NCBI RefSeq assembly: GCF_902459465.1 | Contig: NC_047064.1 | Coordinates: 16,120,001-16,184,000 of the forward strand | DNA from: Asterias rubens | Lineage: Eukaryota | Length of the DNA stretch: 64,000 nt | Direction of reading: 5' to 3' | Part shown: in pieces, positions 30,301-42,300 of the stretch | Layout: each line of letters opens with the position of its first letter | Position numbering within the stretch: the first letter of the stretch is position 1 | Notes under the pieces: generated by a model | What the model was told of the DNA's origin: nothing | Seen by the model: only the letters and a program-made list of their open reading frames with translations | Databases searched by the model: none | Made by a program: the position numbers and the translations under genes

Positions 30301-33300
30301 TGGGGTCAACTGGTTCAACTGGATAGTGACCAAACTCGTCCATTTTCCATATTAACCAACTGGTTTGGACTAGGTTTAACTGTGTTCAACTAGGTTGAAA
30401 TTATAAACCAGTTGGTTTCTGTCCATTTTCCATATTAAACCAACTAGTTTTAACTGTGTTTAACTAGTTTATCAACTGGTTTTCAACTAGTTCCAGTTAA
30501 ACCCAGTTTAACTAGGTTCAACTGGAATTTTGACCAGGGATACTAAAGGATGAACTATAACCAAAGCTACTGATGTTGTTCTGTTTTGCTGTGGAAACTC
30601 AAAGGGATGGGGTTGAACAGGGAATGACCCCTGTAACGCCTCAAGACAAGTGTGCCTTTCAGAAGTTGACACTTGACCTTCAAAGAGTTGGAGTCCTAGT
30701 TCTGTCATCTTCTACATCTGTCAGTTCTAGTTTAACCAAATGGCTTCCTAGTTTGTCGGCAGTTACCAGGGGCCACACTCGGGCAGCTGTTACCTTATCC
30801 ATCAAAGGAAGAAAAGAAATTCTTTACAAACAGGGCTGATAGAAATGCTTAAAAGGGACATTTTGCTTTAAAACTTTCTGCTAAGAAAATATGAACCTAG
30901 GACATGATTACACCAGTTAGGGGAGATGCGGGAGAGTTGAGCCATACGAAGAGTTGATCCACCCCTCAAAACACCACTATAGAGTGGTTGAGTCCATAAT
31001 TGTATGCCCACTGTTGGTAGTGTCTAACCAAACATTCGTTTTGGCTACAGCACAGAATGTGAGAGATACGTGCTTTAAAACTTTGTGCTAAGAAATTATT
31101 AACCTAGGATACCAATTACAATAGTTAGCCTTACGGTGTGGTGTACATAACACATGGTATTTTGGCTGGTAAGCATCAATACTTTTTGCTGAACTACTTT
31201 TTGTACTTTTGCAGCTCTATGAAATTGGGCCCAGAAACCAGAGCTTAGCAAGCAAAAACAAACTTATGGGATGCAATTTGTGCCTATTTGTATCTGAATT
31301 CCAGCTTAATTTGGCTTATAATTCTCAATAAATTGGATTATGTTGCCAAGCAGGCTGATTTCATGAAAGTGGTATGCAGTGATAAATGTGTTGTTGTAAA
31401 TTGACTTTCTAAGTGTTAAATGGTATGGCACTAATTATAGCAGTTGTAAGATACTCAACATTTTGACAAATAACCCTCTACAAGATAATTCTATGCTTTT
31501 AACATGTTTTTGTTGTTGCAATTTTAAGGAATATGAACACCAGCCCAGATCATACTTCCTACGAATGCGAAGTGAACTTTTACAACACAGGGCTGTTTTT
31601 GCAGCGAATGTTTCGCAGGAGTTGAGCACATTTCAACTGTTGCAAATTATTTGCCGCTAATTTGTGACTTTAAAATTTGTAATCGCATTCGCATTTGCAG
31701 GAAATATGAGCGGGGCTTTACTTAACGGAACACGTTGCTGGTGATTGGTCGAGTTGGTCTTTTTAAAGCGTTTCTAACCGTTTTTAATAAAATGCAGGGG
31801 TAGAAAGGCATTGTAAAAGTAGAATACAATGATCCACACAAACATGTCTTGAAATTGCACTGTTTTCCTTTTACCTCGTCGACTAACACGGTCGGCATAA
31901 TTGGTCAACCATGTTAGTTCGCAAAGTAAAAGGAAAACCACGAAAGTTCAAGTCTAATTTGTGTGGATCATTGAATTCTACTTTTAAAACATTTTTCCAA
32001 CCGTATGCATTTTATAGCAATTGGTTATAAACGCTTTTTAAAGAATACGTCCGATCCAAGGCAAGGTGTTCCTTTAATTCAGCCACGCCTCATTTATAAC
32101 AATGGTGTCTTTGTTTTAGGTCCGAGTGGAGATGTCCAAGAATGAGACCCTGCCAGGCTCCAAGATGAAAATGATGGTCAGCGCTAAACCAGGATCCTGC
32201 ATCTGTGTGGCATCTGTTGACCAGAGTGTCCAGTTACTGCGACCTGGTTATCAAGTCACTTCAGAGAAAGTATGTGGATTTGTTCCTGAAACAAAGCTGA
32301 TACTTAAAACATTTGATCCTTTGGTTTTAACTTGCAGGGTTGTGATTTCTCAGTTTTTTTTAACTGGAAATCAATTTTTTAAACCCCCACCCCCAACAAA
32401 TAATAATGAAAAAAAAAATTAACAAATGAAAAAACATATTTACTTCATGTTGAGCCAGAGGATGTCTTCAGCCTATGCCTTCTCGGGAAACTCTGATGGT
32501 TAGATAATGAGTTAAATCAAATTCATAAGAAAGATGAAGATAAAACCACATGGAACACCCCACATTGCAGAGTAGGTCTTTTAAAACCAAAGATAAATTT
32601 ATGCAACCAAGCCTCGTCTCTGCAAGCTTTCGCGCTCGCAAGCTTTAACGCTTTGCGCTCATAATTTAGTTTTTGTTTAAACAGGCTACTGCTGGGAGGA
32701 GGATATCATGATAACTAATCGTCGCCCGAACTAGTTTTAATCAAACAATGTATAATTCAGAGTTCAACAAAGACAAATTGACTAGAGTCTTAGACACCCA
32801 GCAGGGTGGATATGTGCGCATTACAAGTCTTATTATTATTATTATTAGAGTGGGACTCAAACCTGTTACTTTCGGATTTAATGTGCCACGACTGCAACAA
32901 CTGAGCTATCTATCCCCAACCTAGTGTTGGCGGTATCCTTATTGTGTCTTATCTTTGTTCGGGGTTGCCTTCCTAATTTAATTTTAAGATGTACCAGCTG
33001 CCCTATTTTGAAAATCAGTTACTGTCGAGGAACAATTCTGTCTTCTCTAGATATTTAAAGATGAAGACTTTTTTTTATATTTTGTTTATGATTTCAGATC
33101 TTTGCAGAGTTGGAAAATTATGACATCACCAACACTGTATCAGCAGAGACAGCCTGGTGGGGTGGATCCTTCCGCCGGCGTAAACGCTCTCAGCTCTGGA
33201 TGCGCTCCAGAGACGCCAACTTTGCTTTTAGGGTCAGTTAAGAAAAAAAATTAAAATGTAATCAATCCAAATTTGACTTCCATTTTTGCAGAAATAAAAA

Positions 33301-36300
33301 GATTCACTGAACAGTATAGGAAGTTTTTCTACTCTCCATTAATAATGAACCCTTCTTAAATAGTGCGTATCACCGTGAGGTCCATAAGGACTGGTAGACA
33401 GAAAAGCAACAATTTGTACAAAGTTAATAGATATGTTTTCAGCCGGGTTTTGAATTGTTCTGATGTTTCTGCCTGTTTAGCAACCTCTGGAAGACTGTTC
33501 CATAACTGGAACCAGAACCGTACCACTTGGTTTTGCTGGGGGAGTCGGAAGGAATTGATATATAGATAAAAGGTTTCTATACACACGTCAAAATGAACAA
33601 AACGCTTGTTTTTTCTCAGATTGTTTGCCATTGATAGAACAAGTTTTATTTAAATATATACTCCTGTACTGTATCCAATTTAATGTCTGATCATTTTAAG
33701 AACTTCAACAACTTCGAAAGGTCTGTGTTTTCCAGCAAATCTTGTTATTCTTAAATCCCACTCAGGGAGGTGGATTACCATCAGCAGGAAAAAACAAAAA
33801 CTTGTTATTGAGAAAAGAAAAAGGAAAGTTGGAACAAATAAAACAGCTGTTAAAAAGGAGGAAGGAAAGGATCTACACAAAGTGTTGAAAACTTTCTCAC
33901 TCTCATTTTACCCTCTGAAAAATCAGGTCTATTAAATAATCCCAAGGAAATCATCCGTACCTAACTGCCAATCAGGAGAGCAGATGTTCACTGCAAAAGA
34001 CCCAAGATCCACATGATTGTTTTTAGTGACTAAATGTTCCATTTAAGATGCCTCGCTAACCAATTTAAAAGTGTCACTGTTTTTCCCTTTCTTGTCAACT
34101 GTATTCGAAGAGTCGAAGACAGCCTAATTAGCTGTTTTTCAGTTGTCTTCGGGGCAGCCTGTCAAACTCAATCAAGCTTTGCCGTTAAACCGTGTAACTG
34201 TTTTGGTTGTTCTTATTGCTATAAACAGGAGGCTGGCTTGAAAGTGATGACTGATGGTGTGCAGCTTAACTTCCACGATAGTGACTCAGCAATTCTGGGT
34301 AAGGTTTTTTTTTCTTTTTTTCCGTGAGGGCAAAACACAGCTGGTTGATTTGTCAGGATTTGATCAGCTGATTATAAAAGATAGGAAAGTCCATGTGGGG
34401 AGCAAGTCTTGTTATAGTAAGATATTTTTTTATGTATTTCTTTCCCTCAAATTGGTTTTCCCAATTCATTTAGGTTTATTTTTCAGTAAACAGTTGACAA
34501 CATTTTGTCAAAACAATGAAACTTAGCATAAAAGGCATTGTACAAAAAAATGCTGATACTTTTTATGTATTTCCTCTTTCAAATCAATGTCTGGCTCTGT
34601 TGTGTACATTGGGAATCAGTATTCATGATTTATGTTGGTCTTTGTGAACTTGACAAACATGGCTGCATGAGTTTGGTTTTTGGGAAAGACAGTTCACTAT
34701 GAATGTCTATACACTGGGGTCGCTGCCTCATAAGCCGTGTTCGCATTGGACTTAATTTGGGCAAACTAACCGAGCCAATGGGTAACTTACCCATTTTAAG
34801 TCCAGTGCGAACAGCCTTGGTAGTTTTCCTGACAGGTAACTTACCCACGCCGCGCGGTTAGTTTAACCGAGCCAAAGGTGCCCAGGAAGATTGACAGAGT
34901 GCCCAGGAAGATTGACCGAGTCAGTTTAACCGAGCCAGAAAGTCCAGTGCGGACGCGACGTCTCGGTTAAATCTTCCTGACCCGAGGAAGCTGACATGTT
35001 TTGTCATGGAAGAATAAGATTTTCCTGATTATCGAACTATTCAATGTAGCACAAATCAGGAATGCAACTCGTAAGCTGAAAAACGCGGAATAATTTTCCC
35101 GTACACGGATTTATAAGTTCGAGCAATGACCCGTTCAGAAGTTGCGATCAAAAGTTTCAATATGACGATGATTTGTACAGCAGTAATAGGCAAATGCAGC
35201 CAACAACCGCTAGAACGCGTGTACTAAAGCTAGCCGAGTATTGGTCCCTATATGTCTCTATGCACAACACAAACACAACGGAGCCAGGCCGTGCCGAAAA
35301 TAGTGTAGAAGGTATTCCTAGCCGCGTAATGGGGCCCTTTGTGCTGGAGCATGCCTCATTGGCAGGCGGCGTTGTGCATGCTCTTTTGCCTAGCAAGTCT
35401 TTCGTCTTTCCAAGTTGTAAAAACAAAAGAGGAGCGGTGAATTTGATATCGAATTGTTTAGATTAACAATATTTGCGCAAGATTGAGCCGAAAACCAAAA
35501 AGTGCGGTCAAAGGTTACGCAGGGAGCCAGTTCGGTTAGTTTACCCACGGTCTCGGTAAGTTTACCCGAGTCAAATAAATCCAAGTGCGGACGGTGGGAA
35601 AAGTAACCCGTCGGAATGTTACCCATCGTCAGGGTTAAGTTACCCAAAATATTAATCCAGTGCGAACACGGCTATAGCCATTTTTTCTACTTGTTGATTA
35701 AGACTTTACTCCACTGCCCTTGTTTTTAAGTCCCTTGTTTAGAGATAATAATAATAATAAACTGTTCTTATAAAGCGCATATACACACAGAGTCCCGATT
35801 CGCTGTACAAACTCAAAATAGAAAAGCAAACAAAATTTAGACTTAAACAAGTGATTTTTGAGAAGGTGCTTGAATAAATCCAGAGTTTGTGCATCTTTGA
35901 TGTTACGGGGGAGATTCCCATTATTACAGAGTTATTTTTCTGTAGTAAACAGCAATGAATAAAGACCACTGTGTTGTTGTTGTTGTTGTTGTTTTTGTTT
36001 ATTTTTTTCCATGGCAGATTTGGTATCTCCATTAATTTTGTCTTTAGTATAATATTATAATTTTTTTTGTATCTTCAAACTATTTTTGTCCTTCTTTCTT
36101 ACATTGGCCTCATTAGGGACTGTCCCTCGCTCTCCACCTATGGACCCTATGTCCTTCAGCTCTTCCTGTTTAGCAAGTATACTGGGAGGCAACCCAGGAA
36201 CCATCTGGGGGGGGGGTACACGGAAACCACAGATTATCTCATTGTCAATGCAGGGGGATTTCCCTCCAGCGGTTGTTTTTCAGTCTTGTGTGAAAAACAA

Positions 36301-39300
36301 CACCTGCTGTGTCATCTTGAAGGTTGAGATTGTAGAAATTAGTGCCAAATGGTGTTTGGCTTGAAATCTATTATAGACGACTCTGGACACTATTGACAAT
36401 TGTTAAAGACCAGTCCTCTCACTTGGTGTATCTAAACATACATGTATGCATAAAATAACAAACATGTGAAAATTTGAGCTCAATTGGTCGTCGAAGTTGC
36501 GAGATAATAATGAAAGAAAAAACACCCTGGTCACACAAAGTTGTGTGCATGCTTTCAGATGCTTGATTTTGAGACCTCAAAATCTAATTCTGAGGTCTGG
36601 AAATCAAATTCATGGAAAATTTACTTCTTTCTTGAAAACTACGTTACTTCAGAGGGCGCCGTTTCTCACAATGTTTTATAATATCAATCTCTCCCCATTA
36701 GGACTCGTTACCAAGTAAGGTTTTATACTAATAATTATTTTGAGTAATTACCAATAGTGTCCACTGCCTTAAAGTGGCCTATAAGGTCACCCGTAAACAG
36801 CAACTATTGAAGGACAGTTTTCTCTAAGCTGAAAATGAAAACAAATTGGCACAGAATTATCATATCAGCACAGTTTTCATGAAGGCAATGCACTTTTTTG
36901 GAAAAACACATATTTTTGGCAAATCAGTGTTTTTGCGCTATTTGAATGTTGTTCGTGAAAACAACATTTTCCCAATTTTCCCAGGTGCTAAATCGTTGTA
37001 TTTTTTCTAGTTCCACTAGTAAGTAAAAGCACCATTTAATCAAACTCCAACTTTTGCGTTTTCACGAACAGACATTTTTTATGAATAGATGGCAAACAAT
37101 GTCCGAAACAATGATTTCAAAAAAAGCTTTTAACTTCAAATGCAGTTTTTTTCTGAACATGAAAAATTTGCTGCAGGGGCAAAATTGCCTATGTGAAAAC
37201 ATTGACGATACCTTGTATGTGTCCAAAAGCCATACTTGAATGTATTATGTTTACAAAAAAATATCTATGACCCTATTTCAAATTGAATTTTATAAAATTT
37301 CATGAATAAAAAACACACGTTTTGACAGCTCCTGTCCAAGAATAGCTGTCAATCAAGGATTATTATTATTATTATTATTAATTTTTTTTTTCAACCACAG
37401 AACAATACAAAATACAATCTAAAAAAAACACGGTGCTAACGATCTAGAAAAACATCTACACTAAAAGCATTTCTAAAAACCTTCATTGAGGCAAAGGTAT
37501 TAACCGGTTTCTTGTTGTTACTCTTTGTTATGCAGATGATCATGACTCTTGGGTTGAACTGAGTGCAAAGAGGGCCAGCTTACTGGATCAAGATTCCAGC
37601 CATGATCGCAACGCTAAGCGTAAACGAGCATTCTTCCCCGAAACCTGGATGTGGCAATGCTTCAATCTCAGGTAAAAAGAAAACAAACATTTAGGCCAAG
37701 TAAAACAAAACATGTTTAGTGTCTGCCTTAAGGAGGAAGGCTTTTTTATTTATCTATTTATTTACTTTTTTAAATGGCTGCCCACACATTTTTAAAGACA
37801 ACCAGTTTTTCTATAGTTGGTAAGACATTGCTTTAGATTTGCAAAGGTTGTGGGTTCGAATCCACCCGAGTAATATGACTGATTTTTTGACAGAACTCGG
37901 GGAAAGTACTGAGTATACAACTAACACACATCAATGTAAAAATTAATATTCTTTCCTACCCTGGTGCAAATTTAACATCTATTAAATTCTTAACTTGTGT
38001 TCATTTCAAAATTTGTCCCAGCAGTTCGTCAAGATCAGAAGAGCAGATTAATATGAGAGTTCCAGACACCATCACAACATGGATGACCGATGTGATTGCC
38101 ATGTCCTCCACTCACGGTCTGGGAGTGGCCAAGACGGTCCCTCTGACCACCTTCAAGAACTTCTTTGTTGAGTTCACGCTGCCGTACTCCGTCATCAGAG
38201 GAGAGCAACTTAGGATTCCGGTGACTGTCTACAACTACCTTGACAACTGTGTGCAGGTTTGTAGATGGAAAAAAACACTGTTTTAACTCTTTTGAACAAG
38301 ATTTTTGAGGTTTTTTAAAGTTCTGGAAAAAAGGTCTTTCTCACCAAACAAATTGTATCATGCTGATTAATTGTGTTGCTTTCTACTGTGTTCAGGTTTG
38401 TTGATGGAAATAAAATGTATATGTATATTTTAAAATCTTTTTTGAATCAGCTATTTGGGGTTTTCCGAAATTCTGTAAAAAAAAATTCTTTCTTGACAAA
38501 GAAAATGTATTTTGCTGATTTGCGTGGCATTCTGCTGTGTTCAGATTTGTTAATGGAAATTTTATTTTCAATTTTCAAACGTTCAATTAATTTATTGTTT
38601 TTTTGTCCTTATCTGTCCATTTCAGGTGGATCTGAATGTCCATCTTCAGGAAGATGTCCGCTTTCTGATGCACACCGAACGCCACCAATCCTTCAAACTC
38701 TGTCTGCAGGCGCAGGATACACAAACAGTCTACCTCACTCTTGTGTTCAACGAGCTCGGCAGAAAGAAAATCCATGGTAACTTTATACTTGATTTAGGTA
38801 TCAGTGCTTAGAGCCATTATACACTTTCGGTGCAGAAAAGAAAGAAACAATTCACAGATTTACAAATAACTTACAGGGTTTACAGAAGGTAATGGTGAAA
38901 GACTTCTCTTGAAATATTATTCCATGAAATGCTTTACTTTTTGAGAAAAAGTTAAAACAATATCAATTCTCGATAGCGAGAATTCTGGATTTATTTTAAA
39001 CACATGTCATGACACGGCAAAACGTGCAGAAACAATGAGTGGTTTTTCCCGTTATTTTCTCCAGACTCCGATGACCGATTGAGCCTAAATGTTCACAGGT
39101 TTGTTGTTTTATATATAAGTTGTGATACACGAAGTGTGGGACTTGGACAATACTGTTTACCGAAAGTGTATAATGGCTTTAAAGAGAGTTTGGGAAATGG
39201 TTAAACACTCGACCACAACTCGTTTTTTGTGACTAGCAAGCCAGTTAGCTTGTCATTTCAGTAGGCCACAAGCTTTTTCAGTAGTTCATTTTATAAAATG

Positions 39301-42300
39301 CTTCTCTGCACCAAACTGTAACAGTCAAAACACTGGGTGAGAGTTTTGACTGATTCTGAGGTGTTGTAAACCAGGTTTTGGCCAACAGTTTACTGTTTTT
39401 ATCTAGGGAGAATGGTGTTGTGAACTTTTTAAAGAAAGGTAGTAGGCCTATGCATCGAACAAAATTTGACATGGAATTAGATATTGAAGATATGGGAGAG
39501 GGGTTGTATAGTTAAAACAATTGTTTGCTAAGTATGGAAACCACCCCAATTCATTAGAGATAGTCATTACATGGAGGTACCGCAAACCTTTGTATATCAG
39601 ATTGGTATATATACAAGTGCTATATAAGACTAATTATTATAAATATTTGGGGTAATATCATGTAATGGTAAAGTCTAATTGAGTTGGGGGGTTCTGAAAA
39701 GAACCGTTGGTTTTTTAAAGGCAGTGGACACTATTGGTAATTACTCAAAATAATTATTAGCTTAAAAACTTACAGCAAGTGAGATACAGCAAGTGAGAAG
39801 ACTGGTCTTTGACAATTACCAATAGTGTCCAGGGGTTGATTTCACAAAGAGTTAGGACTCGTCTTATTTTAGGATTAATCTTAAGGTCTGCATGCTACAG
39901 TGCAGTGTTGCGACTCGTCCTAAGTCATAAGATTAGTCTTAAGTCAGGAAGAGTTTTGTGAAATCGACGGCAGTGTCTTTAACTCTTAGAGATAATCATT
40001 AAAGGGTGTTTCTGCAAGCCTTACTATACTGTATTTCATCCATACAAAGTTAACACTGTTTATTATCCACTCTTTTTCTTGCCCATGAAGCTAGTGCAGA
40101 GGCCATGATTTCTCCAGACTGTTGTGTTGGACCAGTGGCTAACGATGGCGTAGTTGGAACAGATAAAATCACCAAAATCATACTTGTTGAGGTGAGGAAA
40201 TAAATCTGAAATAATGAATTGGACAGTCATAAAAAGATATCTGTCAAATGACACCAGCTTAGCTCTTCGCTAATTAGATTTGGCAATTCTCAACCAAATT
40301 TTCTCTTTCGAGTAGAAAAACAAAACAAACTTTATTTAAACTCCATTTTGCTCAAACATAATCTTTTCTTGAAAAGAAAAACAGAAAAGAAAAACAAAAA
40401 AACTTAATTCAAACTCTATTTGGCTCTATGGTTACAGATTCTCTCATTATATCCTTACATATTGTCAAATACATATAGTTATTTGTTAACCCACTTGCCA
40501 GTGGAAATCGAATTTCCTCATTTAAAAAAATATGGACAATAGGCCCTAAAAAATGCTATCTTATCTATTTTAATCAAATCTAATCTTTAAAAAATAAAAC
40601 ACAAAAAGCACTTTGAATGATTTAGTCAAGCGATCACTCAATTAACAAATATTTCCCCTTTGTAAATGTTATAATGTTGTTTTGCAGCCTGAAGGTATAC
40701 CCAGGGGATACGCCTACAGTGTCTTCTTCTGTCCAAATGGTAAGACAGTCTGCTTTGTCCCTTTTCAACTAAACAACTGTGGATTGTGTTAAAGGAACAT
40801 AACAGAATTGGTTTTTGCTAACAAAACAGTTGCTGGCAGTGTAAACACTTTATGTAATTCACCATATACAAAGACTGACAAACCTGTAGAAGTTTGAGAT
40901 CGATCGGCCATCTGGGTCTTGAGAGAAGAGTCTAAAACCGGTTACAAGTTATGCATTGCATTGATTCCAAAATAAAAATGAACAAAACGCTCCACGAGGG
41001 ATAAACTCAAAACGCGAAGTTTTATACAGCTTTAATTATTTATTTCTCATCAAATATAACATTTCAGACAGAAATATTTAAAGGGATGTTTTCAACTATC
41101 TTCATCGTTAGACTGTGTAAGTTTTATGTAAATCTGTAATCGTCACGATTTTTGTTTCTTACCAATTCTGTAACCTACCTTTAAAGCCATTATACACTTT
41201 CGGTACAGAAAAAAATAAAAAAATTCACAGATTTACAAATAATTTACAGGGTTTACAGAAGGTAATGGTGAAAGACTTCTCTTGAAATATTGTTCCATGA
41301 AATGCTTTACTTTTCGAGAAAACATCAATTCTCGATAGCGAGAATTACGGATTTATTGAAAACACATGTCATGACCCGGCAAAACGTGGGGAAACAAGAG
41401 TGGGTTTTCCCGTTATTTTCTCCCAACTCCGATGACCGATGTAGCCTAAATTTTCACAGGTTTGTTATTTTATATATAAGTTGTGATACACAAAGTGTGG
41501 GACTTGGACAACACTGTTTACCAAAAGTGTATAATGGCTTTAACTTGTGGAAAAAATTAAACATCTTACAGATAAATTACTTGAGTGAATCGTGTTAAAG
41601 GCAGGAGTAATTTGGAGAATCTTTGTGCTGTAGTTTTTTTTTGGTAAATATGTTTTTAGGATGCTTAACTTATTTGGGCTGTTGACCCAAATCAACTTTA
41701 ACCAGGGGCAAATTGCCACCAACTCCTGGGGCTGAACAGGGTTAGACCCTTTACATCTGTGACGATGTAAGCATGCTGATAAATGCAGAGTTCACTGCTT
41801 TACCCACTTTTCACAAAGCAATTATGGTTAAGTGCCTTGCCCAAGGGCACAAGTTTTATGAAGAGGTATTGAACAAAAATTCTGCTGCTGACAACACCAG
41901 AGTTTGCTCAGTAAACTAGTTCTGTAAACCACTGAAACAAACACATTCACATTTCATCCACAGAGCGAACTCACATCTCCACACCCAACCGTTACAGCTA
42001 TCAGTTTGTGGAGCGGGAGGAGGGCATGGAGTTCTTCACCTTCATGTGCAAGGCAAAGAACGACGCCCACATTGCCTTGGCCGCGACTCAAGACTCTCAC
42101 CAGCTTTATGAGATCGTCCTTGGGGGTTGGGATAACACAAGGTCGTGGATCGCTCGCACCAAGATGGGTCAGTGAGATATTGAATTTTTGTAGTTGCTTG
42201 ATATGCCCCACAAAAAACTTGTAGTATCAACTGAGCCTTCAAGTTGACTAAGACATTTAAATTCATTTTTTTAGGTGACGCATTAGTGACTGACTTAACT

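Noticed and set aside
35157-35466. Transposase or Myb ORF inside the 940-bp element
   Set aside because: Short ORFs with no DDE or Myb signature.
37810-37870. tRNA genes here and at 62100-62174 and 62830-62904
   Set aside because: A and B boxes are present but the acceptor stems are not intact and each continues into a repeated SINE body.
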